A stretch of 64,000 bases of DNA from a virus (IMGVR_UViG_2887198475_000005:4425-68424); one strand, 5' to 3'. Numbered from the stretch's first letter, positions 9,244 through 18,796 are shown. Made by a program: numbers and translations. Notes: a model not told the origin generated them from the sequence alone.

Positions 9244-9746
9244 ACACGCCCGGCGCCGTCCTCGCGCTCGACCTCGGCACCTCGACGGGCTGGGCCCTGC
9301 GCACGCCGGACGGCCTGATCACGTCGGGCACCCAGTCGCTGCGCGGCGGCCGCTTCGAGGGCGGCGGCATGCGGTATCTCCGGTTCCGCGCCTGGCTGTC
9401 GGAAGTCGAGGCGTTGTCGGGCGGCTTGCGGCAGGTCGCCTTCGAAGAAGTCCGCCGCCACATGTCAACAGATGCGGCCCACGTCTACGGAGGGCTTCTC
9501 GCCACGCTGACGGCCTGGTGCGAGGAGCGGGGCATCCCGTACGCCGGGGTTCCCGTGCAGACCATCAAGATTCACGCGGCCGGGTCGGGCAACGCGTCCA
9601 AGGATGCCGTCATCGCCGCTGTCCGGGCGGCTGGGCACGAGCCCGGCGACGACAACGAGGCTGACGCCTTGGCGCTCCTGCGGCTGACCGTCGGCGCGCC
9701 GGCGGCCGCGAGGGCGACGGCCGCGAGGGGGAGGAAGGCGGCATGA
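9240..9746 (+). CDS. RuvC-like Holliday junction resolvase
   Basis: LALDLGTSTGWA, FEEV, GSGNASK, DDNEADA; ATGA coupling with the upstream gene. Confidence 0.8.
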   Translation: MNTPGAVLALDLGTSTGWALRTPDGLITSGTQSLRGGRFEGGGMRYLRFRAWLSEVEALSGGLRQVAFEEVRRHMSTDAAHVYGGLLATLTAWCEERGIPYAGVPVQTIKIHAAGSGNASKDAVIAAVRAAGHEPGDDNEADALALLRLTVGAPAAARATAARGRKAA

Positions 9747-9967
9747 GAGCGCGCAAGAAGGCGGCTGCGCTGCCGGAGGACTACGAGCCGGACGAGAGGG
9801 CGCAAGGCTCCTTGGCGCGGGCCCTGGGCATGCCGCTGGCCGCCAATCCGTTTCTAACCGAAACGCGCGCCTGGATGGCCTGGTGCCAGGGCTGGCTCGA
9901 CAGCGACGTGCTGATGTCCGGCAGCCCGGGCACGACGTCCGCGAGGAACGGAGGAGTGCCGTGGTGA
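9743..9967 (+). CDS. Small Rmf/CrpP-like protein
   Basis: G..ARALG....NPF......W..GW pattern. Confidence 0.5.
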   Translation: MRARKKAAALPEDYEPDERAQGSLARALGMPLAANPFLTETRAWMAWCQGWLDSDVLMSGSPGTTSARNGGVPW

Positions 9968-10485
9968 AGCAGGCCCAGTTCGGCTGGAACCCGGACTACG
10001 CGGTGCCGCCTGGTGCGGTGATTGCCGAGCACCTGGAGGTGCGGGGCTGGAGTGAGGCCGATTTGGCGCGCCGTATCGGATGCCAGCCGCAGATGGTCAG
10101 CGAGATGATTTCCGGCGAGAGCCCTGTTGATCCGACGACGGCGTGCGCCCTTGAGCGCGTGCTCGGGGTGAAGGCCGAAATCTGGACGAACATGGGGGCG
10201 AACTGGCGGACCTTCCGGGCGCGGACACTCCCGAGGACGCCTACGTGCGCGAGGGCGCCGGCGATGAATGAGACGCCGCTTCCCGACGCGACCTGCCCCG
10301 CATGCGGCGCCCTTGGCGGCGTGGTCCGCTTCGAGCGCCGCGAGGGCGAGGTCGTACGGGGCGTTGTTCTCGAGGTCACCAAGACCCTGCGTCGGTGCGC
10401 CGCATGCGGGGAGGAGTTCGAGAATAGCCGCGACCCGGATTGGCGCGCGGGTGCTTACGCCCGGCTCCGGGCGGACAAGGACTGA
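9964..10485 (+). CDS. HigA-family HTH fused to an MqsA/YgiT-type zinc ribbon
   Basis: PPGAVIAEHL...SEADLARRIG...ALERVLG...WTN, then CPACG...CAACGEEF; GGAGGAG RBS before the GTG. Confidence 0.7.
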   Translation: MKQAQFGWNPDYAVPPGAVIAEHLEVRGWSEADLARRIGCQPQMVSEMISGESPVDPTTACALERVLGVKAEIWTNMGANWRTFRARTLPRTPTCARAPAMNETPLPDATCPACGALGGVVRFERREGEVVRGVVLEVTKTLRRCAACGEEFENSRDPDWRAGAYARLRADKD

Positions 10486-10512
10486 ACGACGGACGACGGG
10501 GGGAGGATAACG

Positions 10513-11250
10513 ATGCCAGCGAACAGCATTCCCTACGAACTGGCGGTGATCCCGGAGCGCTCGCCCGGGCCGCTGCTACGCGCCCTTGGTGCCCGCCGCT
10601 TCGACGGCAGGACCATCCGGTTCACCTGGGGCGAATGGACGCCCGGCTGGGGGCTGGTCCTCAGGCTCAGGAAATGGTCGGCAGTCTATGGCGGCGGTTG
10701 GTCGCTCTTCGTCCAGCCGGGATACGGGAAGCTCCGTGTCTCCCTCCCGCTCCCTCGACGCGAAGTGAAGGGCGAGGGTGCCTGGGGCTTCCAGGCCGAC
10801 CTGGGGGGAGGCAATGTGCACGTCCAGTGGGGCTACGGGCACCCGGGGAAGGTCTACGACCTCCCGTGGCGCGCCTGGCGCTGCGAGCGGCACGACGTAT
10901 TGGCCGTCGGCGGCTGGGTGCCATGCCCGGAAATCTTCGCGGGCCGGATGGATAACCCGCTGGCCGCGACCGAGACGCACCCCTATCGCTACGTGACGGA
11001 CAGCGGCGAGGTGCAGGAGGTGACCGCTACGATCGCCGTCGAGGAGCGCGAGTGGCGGCTGTCGTGGCTCCGGTGGCTGCCGTGGGTCCGGCGCGTAAGC
11101 CGGACGATCGAGGTGTCCTTCAGCGATGGGGTCGGCGAGCAGCGCGGCTCCTGGAAGGGCGGCACGGTCGGCTGCAGCTACGAGATGCAGCGGGGCGAGA
11201 CGCCAGCCGAATGCCTGCGCCGGATGCAGCGCGAGCGCCGCTTTCGGTAG
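10513..11250 (+). CDS. Hypothetical phage protein (Trp/Gly-rich)
   Basis: GGGAGG RBS; phage-like codon usage. Confidence 0.7.
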   Translation: MPANSIPYELAVIPERSPGPLLRALGARRFDGRTIRFTWGEWTPGWGLVLRLRKWSAVYGGGWSLFVQPGYGKLRVSLPLPRREVKGEGAWGFQADLGGGNVHVQWGYGHPGKVYDLPWRAWRCERHDVLAVGGWVPCPEIFAGRMDNPLAATETHPYRYVTDSGEVQEVTATIAVEEREWRLSWLRWLPWVRRVSRTIEVSFSDGVGEQRGSWKGGTVGCSYEMQRGETPAECLRRMQRERRFR

Positions 11251-11372
11251 GCACGCGCAGGGCGGCCGCATTCCCCGGCCGCCTCGGGAGCGCGGCGCCA
11301 TCCAGTTATGCAGGGTGGCGGACGATATTGATTTGAGGCGGCTGCACATCGTTCGGCTGCGGGGAGGGGGAA

Positions 11373-11747
11373 ATGGGATCCGACACCATCGCCGACTGGG
11401 CGGACATCGCAGCGTCGCGCATCATGACGGACCTGCTTGGCTTGCCTAGCTCGGCAGTCGGCGCGGCGCTGGTGGATTCGGGTGCTGAACGCATTGCCGG
11501 TCTCCGAGACAACATGGCCGCCGTCATCCGCAACGGTGCACCCAACAACTTGGGCGTTCAGGACTTGCCCGGGTTCACCGTCACACGTCGTGGGGAGGCT
11601 CTGCACATCCGGTTTGGTGCGCGCCGAGTCTGCACCGTGGACCATGATTCGGTTGGATGGGACGGCATGGATGCAGTTGAGGCCGTGGTGGAGCGGATCG
11701 CCAAATTGCTTGGAGTCTCGGTAACGGAGAGGACGTCCAGGGCATGA
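11373..11747 (+). CDS. Hypothetical protein
   Basis: RBS; ATGA overlap with the next ORF. Confidence 0.6.
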   Translation: MGSDTIADWADIAASRIMTDLLGLPSSAVGAALVDSGAERIAGLRDNMAAVIRNGAPNNLGVQDLPGFTVTRRGEALHIRFGARRVCTVDHDSVGWDGMDAVEAVVERIAKLLGVSVTERTSRA

Positions 11748-12223
11748 GCACCAAGTCCGTTACCTCGTGCCGTGCCGACCAAGCCGCGATGCGCGGCGCC
11801 ATCTCCGCCATGCGCAAGCTGGCCGAGCGCCCGGACGCCATCGGCCGTGCCATTCGGGACGCCGAAGGCAGCGTTCGCGAGGATGCACGACGGGATGTCG
11901 AGCGCGCCATCCTGAAGGGGTTCACGTCGCCCGCACCGGATGCAGACGACGTGGAACGGCGCACGCTGTTCTTTGCGGCTAGGGATACCTTGGCGGCACT
12001 CAATGCGGCGACGTCTGCCAGGTATGCGGCCTGGCACCGCAAAGTCGCGGTTGAGCGGGAGTGGAAGACTGGCGCCCTGCGGGACCCCCGCGCTGTCGCT
12101 GACGCCTGCAAGGCAGCCCGTTCCGCCGACCGGGCCGAGGCGCGCGCACTGGAAGCCTGGGCGGCGGCGGACGACGCGCTGACGGCGTTCCGGGCGAGGA
12201 CGGGCAGGAGGACCGCGCCATGA
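11744..12223 (+). CDS. Hypothetical protein
   Basis: ATGA-coupled at both ends. Confidence 0.65.
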   Translation: MSTKSVTSCRADQAAMRGAISAMRKLAERPDAIGRAIRDAEGSVREDARRDVERAILKGFTSPAPDADDVERRTLFFAARDTLAALNAATSARYAAWHRKVAVEREWKTGALRDPRAVADACKAARSADRAEARALEAWAAADDALTAFRARTGRRTAP

Positions 12224-12492
12224 TTGGCGGCAAGGTCATTGAGGTCCGCCGCGAGGGCGAGGTCGCCCGCGTCTGGTGCGTCGACGGCTGGGACGAGCTG
12301 GCCATCCACGTCGTCGCTGAGGCGGACCTTCCGGCGCCAAGCGATACCGTGTGGTGGCAGGGGCGGGCGGCCTACTGGACCGACGCGGCCCGCACGTTCG
12401 CGGACCGCCGGCTTGATCGCCGGGGCTACAGCTTCGACCCGAGGAACGCCCTGGGCGCGCATGACGCCCGGACGAACGGAGGTTCATCGTGA
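12220..12492 (+). CDS. Hypothetical protein
   Basis: Translationally coupled; AGGAGG RBS. Confidence 0.65.
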   Translation: MIGGKVIEVRREGEVARVWCVDGWDELAIHVVAEADLPAPSDTVWWQGRAAYWTDAARTFADRRLDRRGYSFDPRNALGAHDARTNGGSS

Positions 12493-12878
12493 GCCATGTC
12501 AACATTCACGACATCCGTGATGCCGTTGCAGCCCTCGTCGAAGGCAGCCGGGGGCAAATGAGCGGCCCCTACACCGCCTTCGTGTCGCCAGAGGTTCACG
12601 CGGCCGTCCTGGAGGCGTACCCGGATGGCGTCGTGCGGCTGACCGACGGCACGGCGGTCCAGGTTCGCGAAGTGGCTCCGTTTGCCGATGATGCCGAAGA
12701 GGCCGAGGACGGCGACTGGGCGGACGCGGCGGCGGCCGACATCCTCGACGAGCTGTCCACGCGGCGGGGCATCGGCGACGAACTCGGGCTTGTGGACGAC
12801 GACGTGCTCGAGGAGATCCGCGACAGCATCGCCACCATCATCCGCGACGCCGCCGAGGCTGCGAAGGCCGCCCCATGA
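12489..12878 (+). CDS. Hypothetical acidic protein
   Basis: GTGA-coupled; GGAGG RBS. Confidence 0.65.
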   Translation: MSHVNIHDIRDAVAALVEGSRGQMSGPYTAFVSPEVHAAVLEAYPDGVVRLTDGTAVQVREVAPFADDAEEAEDGDWADAAAADILDELSTRRGIGDELGLVDDDVLEEIRDSIATIIRDAAEAAKAAP

Positions 12879-13159
12879 CCGATGAGGACGCCCCCGCCAT
12901 CGTTGTCGTCCTCACGCCCCGGCCGGGCGCCGTCGGCCGGGCCCAGCGCCTGCTGTCCGGCCTGCACGACGGCGCGTCCGCGGAGGCCGTCGCCGCGGCG
13001 CTGGCGGAGGCGGTCCGGCAGTCGTGCAGGTGGCGCGTCCACCTGCTGGACGACGGGGAGGAAGAGGGCGGCAGCGGCGCGCCGGCGGCGTCGGATGCGG
13101 GGCCGCCGGCAGTGTTGGCAAGGCGTCCAAGGCTGTTCGGGTTGCCGCAACCGGCATAA
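12875..13159 (+). CDS. Hypothetical protein
   Basis: ATGA-coupled. Confidence 0.5.
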   Translation: MTDEDAPAIVVVLTPRPGAVGRAQRLLSGLHDGASAEAVAAALAEAVRQSCRWRVHLLDDGEEEGGSGAPAASDAGPPAVLARRPRLFGLPQPA

Positions 13160-13174
13160 TCGGGGGGCGGTGAG

Positions 13175-13543
13175 ATGCTGGAGGCAGACATGGCTGACGA
13201 TGAGGACCGTTGGGTGCGCGTGATGCCCGACCACTGCAGCTCGGGGCTGTGGTGGAAAGACGGCTGCATGATGGATCCGGAAGACCTGCCGATCAGCGGC
13301 GCCCTGCGGGAACGGCTGGCCACGTGGGCGGATGGATACAGCGCGTGCATCGACCACTTGCCGGACGGGTCGCCCGTGCCATTCGACGAGACCGCCTACG
13401 CCGCCGAGGGGCTGGCCATCGCGCAGGCCATCAAGGCCGAGCTGCCCGGGTGGACCGTCATTTACTTCGACATCAGCAAGCTCGACGACAGCCAGGAGGA
13501 CCAGCCCCGCGGCGAGTTCGAGTACGAGGTGACGCCGCCATGA
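13175..13543 (+). CDS. Hypothetical acidic protein
   Basis: Globular-looking sequence (WVRVMPDH...LPISGALRERLATW); coupled to the next ORF. Confidence 0.7.
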   Translation: MLEADMADDEDRWVRVMPDHCSSGLWWKDGCMMDPEDLPISGALRERLATWADGYSACIDHLPDGSPVPFDETAYAAEGLAIAQAIKAELPGWTVIYFDISKLDDSQEDQPRGEFEYEVTPP

Positions 13544-14004
13544 CCGCCCGTCATGCTGTTGCCGAGGTTCGCCGCCCGGACGCAGGGTTCGGCCGCCGGG
13601 TGGCCAGGGCGCTGGCCTTCTTTGCCGCGCTCGCGTCCGTGCCAGTGGCGGCTGTCCGCCGTATCGGTGGGGAGCGCGCGCCGTCGGCGGAGGTCCGGCG
13701 CGCCGGATCCGAGTTCCGCGACGTGGTGGCCGCTCTGGCTGGCTTGGCGGCGGCACCGGTCACCGGGAACGCCGAGCGTGGCTGGGATGTCGTTCGGGCC
13801 CACGACGGCTCTGCCGTTTGGGTGCTCACCGCCGGCCCGGAGGGTGAGCAGAGCCTGCTTGCATCCGTTCAGCGCATGCCGGGCGGCGAGGGTTGGAGCG
13901 CCGTTGTGGCGCGTCTGGGGCAGCTGTGCGTCGTGCTGGCGGCCTCGCGCGCGGATGCGCAGATGGCGGCCGAGATGCTTGTGGGCGGCGCGCACGTCGA
14001 GTGA
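13540..14004 (+). CDS. Hypothetical protein
   Basis: ATGA-coupled start inside track ORF 13210-14004. Confidence 0.55.
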   Translation: MTARHAVAEVRRPDAGFGRRVARALAFFAALASVPVAAVRRIGGERAPSAEVRRAGSEFRDVVAALAGLAAAPVTGNAERGWDVVRAHDGSAVWVLTAGPEGEQSLLASVQRMPGGEGWSAVVARLGQLCVVLAASRADAQMAAEMLVGGAHVE

Positions 14005-14035
14005 GGCGGCTCGAGAAGAAACGGAGGGAACGAGA

Positions 14036-14641
14036 ATGTATCAGTTCAACTTTGTGGACCCGCATGCCGCATTCCTCGGCGCGCTGACGCGCGCTCTCGA
14101 GGGCCGCGATGGCGTCTCCGCGACGGCTGGCCTCCTGCAGCCAACCGGCTGGGATGCCCTCATTGCTGCAGGGAATTCGTTCGGCATGATGGACGGCGGT
14201 GTCGACCTTGCCATCGCCAGGATGCTTCCCGGCGTCGAGGGGCGCGTGCGGGCGGCGATTGCATCCGAACACGGCGGCTTCCTGCCTGTCGGGGCGGCAG
14301 TGGCCGTGCCTGCGGATGGCGATCTGGTGACGGGCCGCTGGCTGCTCTACGCGCCGACCATGGAGTCCCCACGGGACATCCGCGGCTCGGTCAACGCCTA
14401 CCTTGCGATGCACGCGGCTATCGGTGCCGCGAGACGGATCCCGCTCCCGGCCGGGACGACCATCGCGTGCACGGGCCTGGGCACGGGGGTCGGACGGCTG
14501 CCGCCCGAGGTGGCCGCGCGGCAGATGGCGCTGGCCATTCGGCATGCGGAGGGCGCGCCTCCGGCCAGCTGGCGCGATGCGCTGGGGCGTCTCGTCGATG
14601 TCGAGTGCGCCCGCTGGGGGTTGACGAGGGCGGCTGCATGA
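14036..14641 (+). CDS. Macrodomain (ADP-ribose processing) protein
   Basis: DALIAAGNSFGMMDGGVDLAI, APTM and GLGTGVG macro signatures; GGAGG RBS. Confidence 0.9.
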   Translation: MYQFNFVDPHAAFLGALTRALEGRDGVSATAGLLQPTGWDALIAAGNSFGMMDGGVDLAIARMLPGVEGRVRAAIASEHGGFLPVGAAVAVPADGDLVTGRWLLYAPTMESPRDIRGSVNAYLAMHAAIGAARRIPLPAGTTIACTGLGTGVGRLPPEVAARQMALAIRHAEGAPPASWRDALGRLVDVECARWGLTRAAA

Positions 14642-15087
14642 AACAGCAGCTTTCGGATGGCATGCGGTTCCTCCTGGCGCTCCTGCGGGACCGCCCAGAC
14701 CCACTGATCTGGCAGCGCGGGGCTGGAGGGCTGCACTGCGCTTTCTTTGGCCGCATGCCAGCAATCCCGGGGGTTCCTGTCGCGACCGTAGTCGCTCTGC
14801 ATGCGCGCGGGCTGATAGCTCCCGCAGATGGCCAGGAGGGCCGTGACATCTGGCACATGACGCTGACGGCGACCGGGAGCAAGGAGGCGGCCAAGGAGCC
14901 GCTCGCGTACGACTACGCGGCGGAGTTCGCCGCGTGGCAGGAGCGCCAGGAGGAGCGCCGCCGTCCGCGAGACGCCTGCCTGGAGGCGCAGGACCGCCGC
15001 GAGGTGGAAGCCGCGCGAGGACCGCAGCGGCCCGAGCAGCGGCTTACGGCGCCGAGGTGCATGCGTGGCACCGGACAGGTGGGGTAA
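14638..15087 (+). CDS. Hypothetical protein
   Basis: ATGA-coupled to the macrodomain gene. Confidence 0.55.
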   Translation: MKQQLSDGMRFLLALLRDRPDPLIWQRGAGGLHCAFFGRMPAIPGVPVATVVALHARGLIAPADGQEGRDIWHMTLTATGSKEAAKEPLAYDYAAEFAAWQERQEERRRPRDACLEAQDRREVEAARGPQRPEQRLTAPRCMRGTGQVG

Positions 15088-15174
15088 GGCGGCAGCCGCT
15101 CTTGTGGCTTGCCGCCGGGGTGCCCGATTTCCTTGAGGGCCGCAAGGCAGCGAGACAGGGGGAAGGTGGCCGCG

Positions 15175-15507
15175 ATGTTCCACGACATCATTCGCGTGCT
15201 GGATGCCAGCGCCGTGCGGGCCTGCGCGCGTGCCGAGGGCGGCGTCACCGATCCGCAGGTGCCTCCGACCTGGGACCTCCTGCGGCTCGGCTCCGGGGAC
15301 GGCGGAGAGTGCGAGTGGCGGCTGGAGACGCCGGGCGGCACCGCCAAGGTGTTCGACGTCGGGGCGTGGTGGGGCTACTACGTCGTTCCCTGCCGTGCGC
15401 ACACGCGCGGGTCGCCGGACCTCTACGTGGACCGGGGCGCGGCAATGCGCGCCGCCGAGGAGGCGTTGGCCGCCGCCGTCGCCCAGGCAGCCCGCCGATG
15501 GGCCTGA
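15175..15507 (+). CDS. Hypothetical protein
   Basis: ATG downstream of GGAAGG, in frame with track ORF 15109-15507. Confidence 0.5.
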   Translation: MFHDIIRVLDASAVRACARAEGGVTDPQVPPTWDLLRLGSGDGGECEWRLETPGGTAKVFDVGAWWGYYVVPCRAHTRGSPDLYVDRGAAMRAAEEALAAAVAQAARRWA

Positions 15508-15593
15508 TCGGCATCCTGTGGGACCTCCGCCACCTTGCCGACACGGCGGCCGCTCGGTCCGGCGTGGCCGCTGGCGGGTGGATGTCGCACACA

Positions 15594-15669
15594 GCGCTAC
15601 GGACTGCGCTACGGATTGCCAGCAGAATGCGCTACGGATTAGAAGCCAACAAAATTTCGTAGCGTAGCG
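15594..15669. repeat. GCGCTACGGA direct repeats plus inverted CGTAGCG copies (operator-like)
   Basis: Direct copies at 15594, 15606 and 15629; inverted cores at 15658 and 15663; upstream of the 15725 ORF. Confidence 0.75.
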
Positions 15670-15724
15670 TGACTCTTCCGCCCCCGTCTCGGACGATGAC
15701 CCCGTTCAGCAATAGGAGGTCACC

Positions 15725-17170
15725 GTGACCATCGAGGACATCGTCGAAATGCTCCGTACCGACGCAGCCACCGCCGCCAGCAGCCCGCTCGGCCAACTCG
15801 TCCTTTCCGCCGCTCGCAGGCTCGAGCACGGCGGCGACATGCCGGTGGGCGCCAGGCGGAGACTCTCGTCCGAGCAGGCGTTCGCGGCCATGACCGTCTG
15901 CACCAGGATGGTGCGGACCCACGGTCTGCAGCCCTCGACCGTCTGCAAGGAGGCGGGGCTGGTGGAGGAAGCGAGCGGCACTTTTCGCTACATGCTCACG
16001 GCCAGGGAAATGACGCCAATCGGCGAACTGGTTCAGGGTGCCGCCGCCAGACGGGACATCTCGAAGAAGCTCCAGCGCTACGTCCAGATCGTCCGGACGG
16101 TCGCCCGGCTGGCGGGGAAGGAGGAGCTTCCGCTTCTGGAGGACCTCGGCGTGGCGGTGGCAGACTACCTCGCCCCGTTCAACGAAGAGACGTCCGCCCC
16201 CCATGACGAACTCGCGGCTGACCTCATCGCGCTGGGTACTTACTTCGGCAGGGCGCGGGAGGGGACAGGCGGCGAGCTGATCGACCTCAAGGAGTTCTTC
16301 GAGGCGAGCGGGCGAATGGGGGTGATCTACGACCCGGCGACCAACGGCATGGTCGCCTTGCCTGATGACCCTGTCGACCTCGGCCACGAACCCTCCGTGC
16401 GGCTTTTCATGCGCCGCGTCGCCTCGGGTCAGGGCGAGTGCTACCGCCACGAGCGGAACCCCTCCGGCTTCCCGGTCTATATCAGCCGGGAGATCGGGCG
16501 CGTTCGGTTTCAGGTCTACGAGGTGGTCTCGCTCGCCCTGGTGAGGAACAGGGACAAGATCCGCGCTGTCCTGGTCGCCGAGCCGTGGACAATGGTTCAG
16601 GACAGGCCGGGCGAGCCGCCCGCGCGCTTCTTCGACCGCTCGGCCCGGCGCTGGGAGCAGGGAGTGCCGTTCGGCGGAGGCATCCGCGTCGGAGAGGGCG
16701 AGGGCCAGTTCTCCTTGATGGCCGGCACGAATGTCGCGTTCGCCTGTCCCCTGTATGAGCAGTACATCAGGGAACTCGAAGGGGATGGCGAGAGCGAGTT
16801 TGGGAGCGGCTTGGTCGCCGAGGTGGTCTGCACGCCGCGTCGTATCGAGATCGACCCTGAGGTTCTCCGCGTCTACCTCGAGGACGTCGCCGCTTACGAA
16901 CCGCGTAAGGCATTGGAGTTCATGGAGGCGAGCGCGCCCTGGGCGCAGGGCTACGTCGTCCAGGCGACGCTGACGCATGCGGACGGCCGGGAGGCGAACA
17001 GCCTTCTCGAACGTCTGGAAGATGCCCTCTATGGCGACGGGAACGCCATCCTTGCGGCGCTGCTCGACCAGGTGACCAAGCGCGTCCGCGCGCTCGATGA
17101 CCTCATGGCTAAGACCCTGACGACGCGGCAGGCCCAGAAGACGCATTTCCGTCGCCTCATGCGCAGCTGA
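15725..17170 (+). CDS. Hypothetical 481-aa protein
   Basis: Long ORF with AGGAGGT RBS and normal amino-acid composition; no family recognised. Confidence 0.85.
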   Translation: MTIEDIVEMLRTDAATAASSPLGQLVLSAARRLEHGGDMPVGARRRLSSEQAFAAMTVCTRMVRTHGLQPSTVCKEAGLVEEASGTFRYMLTAREMTPIGELVQGAAARRDISKKLQRYVQIVRTVARLAGKEELPLLEDLGVAVADYLAPFNEETSAPHDELAADLIALGTYFGRAREGTGGELIDLKEFFEASGRMGVIYDPATNGMVALPDDPVDLGHEPSVRLFMRRVASGQGECYRHERNPSGFPVYISREIGRVRFQVYEVVSLALVRNRDKIRAVLVAEPWTMVQDRPGEPPARFFDRSARRWEQGVPFGGGIRVGEGEGQFSLMAGTNVAFACPLYEQYIRELEGDGESEFGSGLVAEVVCTPRRIEIDPEVLRVYLEDVAAYEPRKALEFMEASAPWAQGYVVQATLTHADGREANSLLERLEDALYGDGNAILAALLDQVTKRVRALDDLMAKTLTTRQAQKTHFRRLMRS

Positions 17171-17267
17171 GGAAGCGGGAGGGCGGCCTTATCCTGGGCC
17201 GCCCAAGACCGTGCCCGGGCTGCGGAAATGCGGGTTATCGGGGGTGATAGGCAGCGGAAAGCCGCGC

Positions 17268-18119
17268 CTATCTGGGAAGCAACGCCGCACGCAACCCGGC
17301 CGCGACGGCGCGCAATGCGGCCGCGCTGGTCGGCGCGCCCGCCCGGCCGAACAGCACGATTTCCGATGCCGGCAACGGCGGCAGTCCCAGCGTCGGCCCG
17401 GCATCCGGCGCATCGCCGGAAGCGGCACGTCCCATGGGCGCCACCCCCAGCCCCGCTCGCGCGCCAGCAAGCAGCGCCGCGCAACCTCCGCCGAGAAAAG
17501 CCTCCTGCCAGGCGATCCCCGCCCGTTCGAGGGCGCGCAGCGCCGCGGCCCGCACGCCGCAGGGAGGCGCGAGCGTCGCCAGCGGCACCGGCTCACCCGG
17601 GCAGAGCCTGAACCCGTCCGCCGCGCGCCAGCCAAGCGGGTCGGTTCCCAACACCTCGCCCTCGCTGCCGCCCGCCTCGCGGCGGATCACCACGGCGTCG
17701 ATCTCGCCGGCGTCGAAAGCGGCCCGCAACGGCTGCGACTGCCCGGTCCGCACCTCGACCGTGGCGCCGCAGGGCAGCGCCGCCCGCACCCGCCGCAGCA
17801 CGCTTTCCAGGCCGACGCCGATGGCGTGCTCACTCAGGCCGATCGCGAAACGCACGGCAGGGGTCGGCGTGAACCGCACTGCTGCGTCGTGGGCGGCGAG
17901 GAGCGCACGGGCGCGTTCGAGGAAGGCGGCTCCGTCCGGGGTGGGGCGCACGAAGCGCGGCGTGCGCTCCAACAGCCGCCGTCCGAGCGCCGCCTCCAAC
18001 GCCTTCAGGCGCTGGCTGACGACAGGCTGCACCGTGCCGGCCGCCTCGGCCGCGCGGGTGAGGTTGCCGAAATCGGTCGCGAGGACGAAGAGGCGGACGG
18101 ATTCAAGGTCGAGCATCAT
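17268..18119 (-). CDS. LysR-family transcriptional regulator
   Basis: GNLTRAAEAAGTVQPVVSQRLKALEAALGRRLLER HTH signature. Confidence 0.95.
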   Translation of the reverse strand: MMLDLESVRLFVLATDFGNLTRAAEAAGTVQPVVSQRLKALEAALGRRLLERTPRFVRPTPDGAAFLERARALLAAHDAAVRFTPTPAVRFAIGLSEHAIGVGLESVLRRVRAALPCGATVEVRTGQSQPLRAAFDAGEIDAVVIRREAGGSEGEVLGTDPLGWRAADGFRLCPGEPVPLATLAPPCGVRAAALRALERAGIAWQEAFLGGGCAALLAGARAGLGVAPMGRAASGDAPDAGPTLGLPPLPASEIVLFGRAGAPTSAAALRAVAAGLRAALLPR

Positions 18120-18214
18120 AATATTCTACTATGATGAGAAGCTATCTTCATAGCGTTCCGCGTTCCATCGGGGCGGGCCACGATGCGGCCGATCCCAATG
18201 AGGAGACGCATCCG

Positions 18215-18622
18215 ATGCCGATGATCCAGGTCCGCTACGTCACACCCGCGCCTCGACCCGAACTGCGCGGCGCGATCGCCGCCCTCGCCGCCCGGCTCGG
18301 GCGGGAATGCCTCAGCAAGGACCCGGGCGTGACGGCCGTCCTCGTCGAGCCAGCGGACCCGCAAGGCTGGTTCGTCGCCGGCCGCCGCCCGGCGGTGGAG
18401 GACGGCAAGGCCGCGTTCTGGCTCGACATCAAGATCACCGCCGGCACGAACACCAAGGGTGAGACGGCGGCCTTCGTGCGCGCGGCCTTCGATGGTATGG
18501 CGGCACTGCTCGGGCCACTGCACGAGGAAAGCTACGTCCTCGTGCACGCCGTGGACGGTGACGCCTACGGCTACGGCGGTCGCACGCAGAACGCCCGGTG
18601 GGCTGCGGCCAACCCGGGCTAG
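18215..18622 (+). CDS. 4-oxalocrotonate tautomerase family protein
   Basis: Pro-1 (MPMIQV), ITAGTNTKGE, SYVLVHAV..DAYGYGGRTQ; divergent from LysR. Confidence 0.9.
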   Translation: MPMIQVRYVTPAPRPELRGAIAALAARLGRECLSKDPGVTAVLVEPADPQGWFVAGRRPAVEDGKAAFWLDIKITAGTNTKGETAAFVRAAFDGMAALLGPLHEESYVLVHAVDGDAYGYGGRTQNARWAAANPG

Positions 18623-18796
18623 GGACGGTCTACACGGCCTCCCCGAAGGCATAGGCGTCGAGGCGCAGCACGTCGTGGCTGACGCTGCGGTGCAGGCAGC
18701 GTGGCACCGCCCCAGCACCCGCGCAGAGCGCCGCCCGCGCCACTGCAGGATCGGCGCGCAGTGTTGACATGTCCGTCCCGGGGCCGCGGCCGTCCC

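Noticed and set aside
13553-14035. N-terminal extension of the macrodomain ORF given in the track
   Set aside because: It overlaps the coupled 13540-14004 gene; the RBS supports the ATG at 14036. Similar over-extended starts were trimmed for ORFs at 33151, 34967, 48928 and 53163.
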